Notes: a model not told the origin generated them from the letters alone. A DNA stretch of 64,000 nucleotides from an uncultured Clostridia bacterium (GCA_944345705.1 CALVML010000003.1:1981-65980); one strand, 5' to 3'; counted from the first letter of the stretch, positions 39,852 to 50,000 are shown. Translations and numbers: made by a program.

Positions 39852-40131
39852 CAATAAACCAATCCAAATCCATGATACAGAAATGGTGACTTTTTAGGCA
39901 ATTTTGCCGTTTGGGTACAATTTGTAAATTAGAAGTGTTTGTTATGATGTAGGTAAAAGATGGAATCATTTTTTCTTTACCATTAATTAAAGCGAGGTTT
40001 GTACTATCACTTTCTATATCGACAGCTTCTGATCGTTTATATTGTAATTTTGTCGAAACAATTGAAGCAATAACACCAACTGCAGACACAATTAATGCGA
40101 TAGTAGATAAAACAATAGATAGAATTTCCAT
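39838..40131 (-). CDS. Small single-TM protein; the last codons and stop are supplied by the attL tRNA fragment
   Basis: ATG at 40131 after an AAGGAG RBS, and a TM helix ILSIVLSTIALIVSAVGVIASIV. The ORF runs across the island boundary at 39851/39852. Confidence 0.4.
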   Translation of the reverse strand: MEILSIVLSTIALIVSAVGVIASIVSTKLQYKRSEAVDIESDSTNLALINGKEKMIPSFTYIITNTSNLQIVPKRQNCLKSHHFCIMDLDWFIAPKG

Positions 40132-40241
40132 AAAAATCTCCTTGCGTTTTAATAGAAACATTGTAGCAAAATCTTAACTATAATACAAAACTCTTTCATA
40201 ACCTATTATTGTAAATTAATCAAACAATAAGAGGTATCTTC

Positions 40242-40661
40242 TTAAAGAAATTTTTGTTCATAACTTTCAATATAGGAGTTGGCGAGTGCTAGTAAGGATT
40301 TTTCATCGACATTATTTTCTTTCATCCTATTTAATCTGTTTTCATATGCTTGTAATACGAAATATTTATTTTGTATAATAGGATCAATTATATTTGTGAC
40401 ATATTTAAGCCATTTTTGCGAGCTATTTTTAATAAATGCAGCGGCTTTCAATTTGTAAATAGGTAAAATATCTTTTAGGCGTTTGTCATAAGTTACAAAC
40501 AATGGAATAGTAATATCTATAATTTTATTTGTTTGAATAGATAAGTTATTAATTGTGTTATGTATATGAAAGATATCCCAGGCCATATTTTTTAAATTTT
40601 TAATAATATTTTTATTACCTTTTTGAATTTTACTAAAAAAGCCTATTTTAGTTCCATACAT
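40242..40661 (-). CDS. Hypothetical protein (island cargo), 139 aa
   Basis: Intact ORF. Its frame stays open upstream to a TAG that overlaps the end of the preceding ORF, so it may be the frameshifted C-terminal part of that ORF. Confidence 0.4.
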   Translation of the reverse strand: MYGTKIGFFSKIQKGNKNIIKNLKNMAWDIFHIHNTINNLSIQTNKIIDITIPLFVTYDKRLKDILPIYKLKAAAFIKNSSQKWLKYVTNIIDPIIQNKYFVLQAYENRLNRMKENNVDEKSLLALANSYIESYEQKFL

Positions 40662-40680
40662 AAAGTACAGCTTAGCTAAA

Positions 40681-41439
40681 TTAGTCTCTATCAGATAAGA
40701 TTCCTATCTTTTCATGGAAAAATTTAACGAATTCTTTTTCTTTATCATATAGGGATAAATGAGATTTATTAAGTTTTATATCAGCCATAACTAAAAGTTC
40801 TAAATAATATAATTTATATTGGTGACGGTACCAATTTGAAAAATCATCATTTATCAATTTATTATCATATTTTAAAAGCTTCTTTGTAAATGATTTTGCC
40901 TTTCGAGGGCTATTGAAAAAATAAGTCTCAAATGCATACATATTTTCTAGATATAGTTGATTGTTAGAAAATTCAGGATTAAAAAGCGTATTTTCAAACA
41001 TATAAGCCATGCAATCTACTCCCCATTTCCTGTCTTTTATAAGTTTTAAAACTTCTTCAATATTCTCTGGAATACTGGTATTTTCATTTTTATATTTTCT
41101 ATATAAATAACTTTGGATTTGTGTATCTAAACTTATTAAAGTTTCTGTTTTTATAATATCTTTATTATACATCATAATTGACATTATTGAATCCGCATTA
41201 AATCCATACAGATCTTCACAAGTGAAAAAATAGTTTACATCTATTCCTTTAAGATTCAAGGCCCTAAATTTTTCCATGTAATTAATCCCATCCATATAAG
41301 TATTCGGGATAATAAAATTAACATCTTGAAGAATATCAATATTATCTAAAAAAAGTTTAATGCCTTCTACATGATCCATATCAAGTATTTTAGTTATAAT
41401 ATGTGTTTTATATAAATTGTCGTGTGTATTATTATTCAT
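40681..41439 (-). CDS. Hypothetical protein (island cargo), 252 aa
   Basis: Intact ORF, N/K/Y/F-rich, with no motif I can place. Confidence 0.45.
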   Translation of the reverse strand: MNNNTHDNLYKTHIITKILDMDHVEGIKLFLDNIDILQDVNFIIPNTYMDGINYMEKFRALNLKGIDVNYFFTCEDLYGFNADSIMSIMMYNKDIIKTETLISLDTQIQSYLYRKYKNENTSIPENIEEVLKLIKDRKWGVDCMAYMFENTLFNPEFSNNQLYLENMYAFETYFFNSPRKAKSFTKKLLKYDNKLINDDFSNWYRHQYKLYYLELLVMADIKLNKSHLSLYDKEKEFVKFFHEKIGILSDRD

Positions 41440-41610
41440 ATTATGCTATCTCCTTAATTGCATTATAGCATAGTTCTCGTTTATTTTAATGACTCTTTGC
41501 AAATTTTATAAGTAATTTCAATCACACGGTCAATTTGCAGGCTCGCAAGTTGACTTTTTTTATGTCTAAATCAAAGTATTCTTTCTTTCCATTTTTCTTT
41601 TGAGAAACCC

Positions 41611-41850
41611 TTAACGAACACTTGTCAAATTTGTGTTATTAGAACTGGTCTCTCTGCTAAACATTATATTGGTTTCTTTCACATAATCATTAAACTGAAT
41701 ATAAGCATTTATGAATTTCATCATAGAATAATTATTTAAAAGCATTTGTATAATTTTATCTTCATATAACTGTTTAAATGCTTCTGGATTTGACTCATTA
41801 AGTTTAATAAGGGCATCTTCTTTTCTAAATTTCCTGATTTTTTTTGTCAT
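41611..41850 (-). CDS. Hypothetical small protein (island cargo), 79 aa
   Basis: The ATG overlaps the TGA of the upstream ORF fragment (ATGA). No motif recognised. Confidence 0.35.
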   Translation of the reverse strand: MTKKIRKFRKEDALIKLNESNPEAFKQLYEDKIIQMLLNNYSMMKFINAYIQFNDYVKETNIMFSRETSSNNTNLTSVR

Positions 41851-42127
41851 TTTTTTATATTTTCATTATCAAAATCAAATAAATCAAACAAAGATTTTGC
41901 GTTATCTTTAAAATTTATGGTCCCTACTTTTTCTAATTTATTATGAATTAATTTCTTATCAATCTTGTTTAGGGTAAAAACATATTTTTTATATAAAGTT
42001 TCAAGTTCCTTGCCATCTTAATTTGTTAACATATTGACTTTTGCTTTTAAGTCTTTTGCTTATTGCTATAAAACCTGGTCAATTTATTTATATGGTAAAC
42101 TAGCACCGTCTCAAACATTTTTTCCAT
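41851..42127 (-). pseudogene. Fragmented ORF (at least 2 frame breaks) divergent from the HEPN gene
   Basis: GGAG RBS and ATG at 42127 give MEKMFETVLVYHINKLTRFYSNKQKT*. This is followed in other frames by KAKVNMLTN* and DGKELETLYKKYVFTLNKIDKKLIHNKLEKVGTINFKDNAKSLFDLFDFDNENIKK*. Confidence 0.4.
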
Positions 42128-42212
42128 AGTTATATCTCCAATGATAATTATAGCACAAAAACATCAATTGAAATCCATAAGAATTTATGTTATACTCTTT
42201 ACGGAGGTCAAA

Positions 42213-43547
42213 ATGACTATTGCTGATGAAAAGTTTTGCAAAGTATATTTTGCTAATCCTGAAAAGGAGGACATAAAATCATTTGAAGGTTTCATAAACA
42301 AAGAAAATGAAGATTTCGTAATTAAATTCAAATCAACTGAAATTATAGATGACTTCTTTTCAGAAAATGGAAGAATTCTTTATGTTTTAATTGATAATAA
42401 TAAATGTACATTTTACGAAATAGATAAATATTCATTTACTATTTATAACGAATATCTTGTTTACAATTTTTATTCAAAGAAAATGCTTTATGGTATATTT
42501 TCAGTAAATCCTAATGAAGAAAAAATCAATGAATTGGTTGTGGATTTTGAGAATCTTAATCTTTTATTTTCTTCTCATACAATAGAACATAAAATAGAAA
42601 ACCGTAAAAACATTTTTGATAATGATGCAGAAAAAATTATATATGAAACTGATAACTTTTTTATAGATATATTGATATGGCACCCATTAAAATTAAGTCA
42701 TGATTTTGTAGATATAAAAACAAAAACAAACATAAAATTTCGATACAAGACTTCAATAAATATATTTGATGCTCTAAACAATTTAGACTATTTTCTTTCT
42801 TTTGTTACTTTTTGTAGTAATAATGTTTTTGACTATAATAAAGTTGATTTTTTTGCGGGAGATAAAAAATTTAGTTTAGAAAAAGCTACAACTATTACCA
42901 CCCCTAATTTAAATTTATTTGCACTAAGCCATGCCAACATAGCAAACTTTGAGCAAATTATAAAGTCAATATACAAAAACAAACAATTCTTACAGTTCAT
43001 ATTTAATCAATATACAAAAACAAGTGTACAGCAAAAAAATAAACTTTTAAACGCTGATGTATTTGCACAATGGATTTCTGTTATAGAACTTGTATTTGAT
43101 AAATATTTTAAAAAAATTGATATTAAAAATTTTGAAGAGACTATTGCAAATCTTAAAACAATAATAAATGAAAGTACAGAACTCTCAGAAGAACAAAAGA
43201 AAATTGCCATTAACCGAATAACTGGTATTCTAGACAATCCTCTAAAAGAAAAAATTGTTAAAATTTTAGAAAGTGCTAATGGGATTTATTATAACATAGA
43301 TTCTACATATTTAGATAAAAGCAGTACATTTATAAACAAAATTTTAAATACAAGAAATCTAGGAACTCACCCTCGTAATTATAAACCAAAAGATATATTC
43401 ACTCAATTGGAGATAGACAAATTAAATTGTTTATTTAAACATGTAGTATTTATAGTAATATGTAAGAATTTAGGTGTTGAAAATTTTGGCAACTATTATT
43501 ACGAAAGTATCAAATACTTTTTTGATATAATAAATTATAAAAGATAA
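42213..43547 (+). CDS. HEPN-domain protein, ApeA-like architecture (candidate abortive-infection/defence RNase)
   Basis: ATG at 42213 after a GGAGG RBS. The C-terminal helical domain carries the R-x4-H motif in NTRNLGTHP (nt 43353-43370). A beta-rich N-terminal domain of roughly 250 aa precedes it. Confidence 0.55.
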   Translation: MTIADEKFCKVYFANPEKEDIKSFEGFINKENEDFVIKFKSTEIIDDFFSENGRILYVLIDNNKCTFYEIDKYSFTIYNEYLVYNFYSKKMLYGIFSVNPNEEKINELVVDFENLNLLFSSHTIEHKIENRKNIFDNDAEKIIYETDNFFIDILIWHPLKLSHDFVDIKTKTNIKFRYKTSINIFDALNNLDYFLSFVTFCSNNVFDYNKVDFFAGDKKFSLEKATTITTPNLNLFALSHANIANFEQIIKSIYKNKQFLQFIFNQYTKTSVQQKNKLLNADVFAQWISVIELVFDKYFKKIDIKNFEETIANLKTIINESTELSEEQKKIAINRITGILDNPLKEKIVKILESANGIYYNIDSTYLDKSSTFINKILNTRNLGTHPRNYKPKDIFTQLEIDKLNCLFKHVVFIVICKNLGVENFGNYYYESIKYFFDIINYKR

Positions 43548-43743
43548 TATTTGTTTTACTTTTTAATTAAAAAGTGTTATCGCTTAAGTAGCGACACAAT
43601 TGAATAATTTATACCCAAAGAGTGAAAGATTTTTTGCTATTCATACAAATTCTTCCGCACCCTTTGGGTTCAATTGTGTCGCAACAATGGAAGGTTTGTT
43701 TTGAATAGTACTATGCCTTCCGTTTGGGAGGCACTTTTATTTT

Positions 43744-43985
43744 ATGGAAAAGAAAGGTTTTGTTTATATTTTAACCAACCCTTGTTTCAAAGAAATTGGG
43801 TAAAGATTGGACAAACAGACAATTTAGATAGAAGAATTTGGGAACTTACACAAGCAACGGGAATTCCCTTGCCCTTTGAAATGTATGCAGTATTAAAAAC
43901 TTCTAAATATAAACAAGCAAAATATGATACATAGACTTATTGGAAAACTTGTACCAGACAAACGCATAAACTTTGAAAACGAAGT
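43744..43985 (+). pseudogene. T5orf172 / GIY-YIG-like domain remnant, frameshifted and fused to the integrase 5' end
   Basis: MEKKGFVYILTNPCFKEIG* continues in the next frame as NWVKIGQTDNLDRRIWELTQATGIPLPFEMYAVL. The break is consistent with a 1-nt change in GAAATTGGG. Confidence 0.5.
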
Positions 43986-45212
43986 GCGAAACAAAATTGC
44001 AGAACAAAAACAAGCATTTCTTCGCAATAAACAAGAAATAACGTTTAAAGAATTCTCTTTAAAATGGTTAAGAAGAAGCGAACAAAAGGACTCAAAAACA
44101 TCGGTTGTTAGAAATACCAAAATCGTGGAAGATTTAAATGTTTTAATAGGTAATCTTAAAATGAAAGATATTCAACCACTGGACATTCAAGAAATTTTAG
44201 ATTATCTAAACAGCAAGAAAATTATAAAAGAAACAGCAGTTTTGAAGAAATCACTTGATGAAATAATAAAACATACAAATGTTGACAAACTTTGCAGAGA
44301 AAATGATTTTAGCACCTGCACGATTTTCTATGCGAAAAAAGGCAAAACAATTCAATGGATAAATGTAATTAAAATTTGCAATGCTTTAAAACTTAATGTA
44401 AACGAATACTTTATAAAGAAAGTAGAAGAAAAACCATATTCTAAAGGCAGTAAGTTAGTTTATCGCAAAGTTTTAAACGCAATTTTCAACTTTGCAATAG
44501 AAACTGACTTAATAGATAAAAACCCTTGTAAGTTTGTTTTAAAACCAAACAATCTAAGTGGCGAAATAAAAGAGAAAGACATCTTATCACTTGAAGAAAC
44601 AAAACAATTACAGAACACTATAAAATCATGCAAAATGTTGAAGATTTAAAAAAGAAAACAATGGTGGCAATGTTTCTATCACTTGGACTAAGACAAGGCG
44701 AACTTGTTGGACTACAATGGAAAGATATAGACTTTGATACAAAAAGACTTACAATCAACAGAAGTTCAACCTATGCAGGCTCAAAATATGGAATAGTCAC
44801 AAAAACACCTAAAACAAAAACATCAATAAGAACACTTCCTATCCCACAAAGTTTAATGGAAATCATACTAGAATACAAAAATTGGAATGATATCGAACAC
44901 AATAGACTTTATGAAATATGGGACAACGAAAATAAATGGGTATTTGTACGAACGACAGGACAACAACTATTCCCACGCACAACAACTCAGTGGCTTGACT
45001 ATGTTTTAAAGAAAGGTGGTATTAGACATATTGGTTGCCATTCATTAAGACATACCTTTATTACAACATTATTAAGAGAGAAAGTTCCAGTCAAAGTTGT
45101 AGCAAAATTTGCTGGACACGCAAACCCAAATGTGACTTTATCAACTTATGCCCATTTCCTAGACGAAGATAATGACGAGGCTTCACAAGTTATGGACAAG
45201 TTTTTGAAATAA
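43924..45212 (+). pseudogene. Tyrosine recombinase (phage-type integrase) split by a frameshift near 44595-44649
   Basis: The N-terminal SAM-like part has ITFKEFSLKWL. The catalytic part has LGLRQGELVGLQWKDID, HSLRHTFITTLL and GHANPNVTLSTYAHF. The two ORFs are in frames 1 and 0 and overlap by 22 nt. Confidence 0.8.
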
Positions 45213-45322
45213 CCATACAAAAACCATACTTAAAAAGTATGTTGTCTTTTGATGTCAAGTTTAGAAAAAGGAAAAAAATATGTATTATTATAGAAAAAGA
45301 CCACCTTAAATGGTGGTCAGTT

Positions 45323-45397
45323 TGGTGTTCCCAACAGGACTCGAACCTGTGACTAGCCCTTAGGAGGGGCTTGTAATATCCACTTTACTATGGGAAC
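45323..45397 (-). tRNA. tRNA-Arg (anticodon CCT), CCA encoded
   Basis: The reverse complement is GTTCCCATAGTAAAGTGGATATTACAAGCCCCTCCTAAGGGCTAGTCACAGGTTCGAGTCCTGTTGGGAACACCA. It has a 7-bp acceptor stem, a D arm GTAA/TTAC, an anticodon stem AGCCC/GGGCT with loop CTCCTAA, and a T arm ACAGG-TTCGAGT-CCTGT. Confidence 0.92.
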
Positions 45398-45715
45398 ATA
45401 AAAATGATAAATGTTTGTTAAAATTGACAGGAATTTTTTCAATATTTTTATTTTCTGAAGATTTATTTTGTTTATTTTAGGATAGAAAATTGACATCTTG
45501 ATGTTTTTCTAGTATATCATAAATATTTTATTTTATCAATTCATTTTGTAATTTTTGATATAAATATTTTTATTATTAGCAAAACCAATATGCTTATATA
45601 AATGTATATTGTAGATATAAAATAGTGAAGCACTTATAAAAAGTTTTGTATTTGATTAATTAATACTAGATTTTTTGTTTGACATTATATAGTTTAAAAT
45701 TTTATAATTAAAATC

Positions 45716-46390
45716 ATGGAGAGAAAGATATTAGAAGAAATCACCGAATTTTTGTTAAAAAACGCTAACATTAATAAAGCAGAATTCGATAAAAAATTAA
45801 TAGATACAAAATATCAAATTTTAGGCATAAAAAATCAATTGCTTGAAAATTTTGCTAAAAATCTTGCAAAAAATGAGATTGATGACATTTTTGATGGCGA
45901 TATAGTATATCATGAACAAATTTTGATAATAGGCTATTATATTGCATATAGTAAATTCGAAAATAGTCGAAAAATTGAAATGCTGAAAAGGTTTTTGCCA
46001 TTTATAGATAATTGGGCAACATGTGATTGTGTTGTGACAAGATTAAAGAAACTTGAAAGTGAAAGGGAATTTTTTATAAATCTTCTTAAAAATGAGAAAC
46101 CTTTCTATAAAAGAGTTGGTATTATTTGGCTTATGCGATTTAATTTAAAACAAAATTTTTCAGACACTTTGGAGATGTTTAAAGGCGTTAAAGATGATAA
46201 TTATTATGTAAAAATGGCTCTTGCATGGGCGTATGCGGAAGCTTTCACTATCAATTCTGAATTTATGGTAGATTTTTTATTACAAATAGATGACAAATTT
46301 ACTCGAAATCAAACAATTTCAAAGGCAAGGCAATCGTTTAGAGTTCCAAGCGAAATAAAAGATAAAATTGTTAAATTTAGAATTAAATAA
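45716..46390 (+). CDS. DNA alkylation repair protein (AlkD-like HEAT-repeat family)
   Basis: 224 aa and all-helical, with IDNWATCDCV and YYVKMALAWAYAEAF, both typical of the family. Confidence 0.75.
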   Translation: MERKILEEITEFLLKNANINKAEFDKKLIDTKYQILGIKNQLLENFAKNLAKNEIDDIFDGDIVYHEQILIIGYYIAYSKFENSRKIEMLKRFLPFIDNWATCDCVVTRLKKLESEREFFINLLKNEKPFYKRVGIIWLMRFNLKQNFSDTLEMFKGVKDDNYYVKMALAWAYAEAFTINSEFMVDFLLQIDDKFTRNQTISKARQSFRVPSEIKDKIVKFRIK

Positions 46391-46462
46391 AATATTAAAT
46401 TTATAACAATTTTAAGCGACAAATTAATAAACATTTATAGGTTAGGGGATAAATTTATTTTT

Positions 46463-46909
46463 ATGAAAGATTTTATGATTTATGCTTTAAAACAGGCAAA
46501 AGAAGCCTATCACAATGATGAAGTACCAATAGGAGCGGTCATTGTTAAAGACAACAAAATAATTGCACGCGGACAAAATAGGCGAGAAAAGACACAGAAT
46601 GCTCTTATGCATGCTGAAATTTGTGCAATAGACAAAGCGTGTAAAAAATTAAAGTCATGGCGACTTGATGGTTGTCAAATGTATGTAACGCTTGAACCTT
46701 GTCCTATGTGTGCAGGAGCCATTGTCAATGCAAGGATTGAAAAGGTCATTTATGCCTGCAAGCAAACAACATCTCAAGACGATCTTTTAAGTGCTATATT
46801 TAAAAGTGAAAGGTTAAATCACAAAGTGGAATTGGAGCAAGATATAAAATATGAAAAAGAGGCTTCCTATCTTCTTACATCTTTTTTTGAGAGCAAAAGA
46901 AACAAATAG
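46463..46909 (+). CDS. tadA: tRNA-specific adenosine deaminase TadA
   Basis: CDA zinc motifs HAEICAI and PCPMCAGAI, plus VPIGAVIV near the N-terminus. Confidence 0.92.
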   Translation: MKDFMIYALKQAKEAYHNDEVPIGAVIVKDNKIIARGQNRREKTQNALMHAEICAIDKACKKLKSWRLDGCQMYVTLEPCPMCAGAIVNARIEKVIYACKQTTSQDDLLSAIFKSERLNHKVELEQDIKYEKEASYLLTSFFESKRNK

Positions 46910-47047
46910 GGGAAGATTTTAATATATATTAGTGATAAGTAAAGATTTGTAAAAAATATATTTTCATTAACATTATTTAAAAATTAATTAATATTTTGTT
47001 AGCCAGATTTTCACAAGTTTATAGGTTGTGTGTGATAATTAATAATT

Positions 47048-47086
47048 AAAAAAAAGACTTTAGATTATTTCTAAAGTCTTTTTTTG
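47048..47086. terminator. Bidirectional terminator
   Basis: AAAAAGACTTTAG at 47051-47063 pairs with CTAAAGTCTTTTT at 47071-47083. Confidence 0.7.
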
Positions 47087-47095
47087 TTTAGAAGA

Positions 47096-50000
47096 TTATT
47101 TCTTTGATTTCTTATCTTTTTCTTGCTTTTTAGCTATTTTCAGTTGTTTTTTACGCTCTTTTTTATATTCGCGTTTATCTTGATAATATCTATCTTCTTG
47201 CTGAGCAACGATATTTCTTTCAATAACAAGTAAGTGTTCAGCGCTCATAGTAAAGTCAAGTTTTTCATTTATAATATCAATCTTTTGATTAATCTTATTG
47301 ATATCATAGTTGTACTGTTTGAATGCAGTATCCATTTCACGAGTTATCTTGCTTCCTGCCTGCACGCGAGTTTTACTTACATAATCTTCATGTTCTTTTT
47401 CGATTTTTTCTTTTTCTTGTTGTAAGATCTCTTTTGCCTGTTGAAGTTGTTTATATTCTTCGTCACGCACTTTTTGAGCCTCTACCAAGATTGCGTCATG
47501 ATTTATTGCAATCTTCTTGTCGTAAGATTCTTTCTTAATTCTATCAATCTTCTTAATCTTTACATGTTTTAGTAAATATCCAACTATTGCAACGATAAGA
47601 GCAAGCCCCATAAGGATTGAAGATATCATAAGAAGTACATTGTTTTCGCTAGGGGTTGTATCATCGGTTGTAGTATCATCATCTGTGTCATCATCAGTTG
47701 CATCATCTTCAGTAGATGATGTTTGATTGATAATGTAAGTTGTCTTATTGTATCCACTTGAAATTCTTGCGTCGTTATAGTCTGTTTCACTTATAGTCTG
47801 AAGGTCAAGTCTTGTTACAAGCATTGTCCCCATAGTTTGATTACAGTCGGATACAAGTGAGAAGGTTATTGTAGGATTTGTAGCCGATGTGCAGTGCATA
47901 AACAGTGAAAAGCTTTCAAGTTCGCTATATGTCAAAAGTCTTTCAACGCTATCAAAGCCTTCAATTGTTACAGTTACGCCATATTTGCAATCATGGTCAC
48001 CATTATCAGCATCATCTGCATTTATGCCAAAGATGGTTGCAAGGTCGAATGAGAATTTGTAGTAACTGCCTTCTTCAAGTGACAAAGTGAATGCCGAACT
48101 TAATGTTGTAGTTGATGGCCTATGAGATGAAATAACAAGATAATTTGAGTCATCAATTGAAAGATCTGGTAAATCGTAGACAAATGCATTTTCTTTTCCA
48201 CTTACAATTCCGCCAATTGCAAAATCTGCAACATTGTCGGTTGATGTGAGATTGTCATCGAAACTTTCGCTGACAGCCAAACTGTATGCAGGGGAGTCTT
48301 TAATCTCGCTAGTAACTTCGCCATCACTTGCCATACTCAAATAATAATCTGTTAGGTCTGCTTTATTAGGTGCATTTTCAAATTCTTCTATAACCGCAGA
48401 ATTATCAGCGCCGTCTTCTGTTGAATTTAGCTGAGTGATGATAAAGTTGTCAAGATAAGCAACTCCGCTTGCAAGGTTATCTTCAGTTCCAAGCGATATT
48501 CTCACTTGCAATGAACTGGATACAGTTTCTGCTGTTCTTATATATATTGCCATATTGCTCCAACTAGCAGACGATAAACCAGTCTGAGTATAGATTGTTA
48601 TGCCATTTCCGTCAATGATGTCAACGGTAAGAGTACAATCGTTTAGCGATGAAATTCTTTTTTCGGTCAAATAATCGAATGTGAGTTTATATATACTTCC
48701 GCCTGATAGGGTGTAACTAGAACTAGTGACAGATTGAGAGCCGTTTCTTTGGTTATATATCATATAGACATTGTTAGGCAAAGTTACATCAGTGGTATTT
48801 GTAGGATGTCCAGGATATGCTCTTGCCCATGAATATTTGCCAGTATACATATTTTTATAGGTTTCACTATCGTATAGATAGATAACTCCTTGTTCTCCAG
48901 TTCTAGCATTGTCTATGGTTGTAGTCCAAGAAGTTGCAGGAAGTGGATATGAAATACTAGAAGGATCTTGCTCTGTTTTTACATTAATTTGGTCGTCACT
49001 TATCTCAGTAGAATTGAAATAAGGATTGCTTATTCCTGATGGAGTGCCAGAAATTGAAGTGAGTTCAAGTTTGTCAGTAGCACTAGAAAAATCTTCATAA
49101 CTTGCATATTCAATTTGAATATCGTCAACGACAACACAGCCAACAGCATTCGTTTCGCTATCTCCTAGGCAGAGATTTAGATTTACTGCAGAATTGTAGA
49201 AAGGGTGTCCCTTGATATAGAATTCAATAGTTTGATAGTCGTTTGTGAAGTTGTTGTCTACATTTGAAGTATAACCATTTGTTTGCGCAGAGTTTAATTC
49301 ATAATATAAATCGTCATCTTCACTGCTGCTTACAAGGTTTGGATAGATAGTATAGATGGTATCAGCCTCATCTACTCTTAAGTAGAAAGAGCCTGATGAT
49401 ATGCCTGTTCCAGCCACTTTCATTTTAAGTGATACTTTATAAACCGCGTGTGCCTGTATTTCAATATCTTGTGATTGAACTTGCACATAACCGCCTTGAG
49501 ATGAAGTATACAAGATCAAAGCATTGTTATTCCCATAAGATAGGTCATCACCAACATAGGTGTAGTTAGTAAGATATGAAAACTCAGTAGGACTCATTGT
49601 AGAAACATTTCGTATGAGTGCGTGTGCATAAGTAGAACGGGTAGTTGTCCATTTATCGCCAGTGCTTAAAGATGGAAGATCATCTTCAAAGTCTAAGTTG
49701 TAATCAGGAAGTTCTATAAGCGCTCGACTTGCTTGCAATCCTTCAACCAAAAAGCATGATTGATTAAGACTGTTATTATTGAAAGATTGATATGTGTCTT
49801 GACCTTGATAGCCATAGTCAAGGCAGGTTTCAAAGAAGGCATTTTCCGAGTATCTAGTAAGATAAATTTCATCGAAGAATACAGCACCGCTGCTAACAGC
49901 GCCATTTGCCGAGCCGAGATAAAGATCTATAGTAACTGTTTGAGATTCATCTCCTGTTGCAATGAAGATGAAGTATTCTGTCCAGTTTGATGGCCTTAAG

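Larger units (their letters stand above)
39806..45366. mobile_element. tRNA-Arg(CCT)-integrated genomic island (about 5.5 kb) with a decayed integrase
   Basis: Perfect 46-bp direct repeats at both ends, with a tyrosine recombinase gene next to the intact tRNA. The cargo ORFs have no counterpart in the housekeeping context. Confidence 0.8.

Noticed and set aside
39612-39854. The 80-aa minus-strand ORF overlapping the tRNA fragment
   Set aside because: It reads through the tRNA-derived repeat and the AT-rich intergenic sequence, has no RBS, and has a low-complexity composition. It is probably spurious.
45298-45318. The hairpin GACCACC-ATTTA-AGGTGGTC just downstream of the tRNA 3' end as part of the att site
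   Set aside because: It lies outside the 46-bp repeat and is followed (on the minus strand) by a T-run. It is more simply the terminator that the island supplies for the regenerated tRNA gene.
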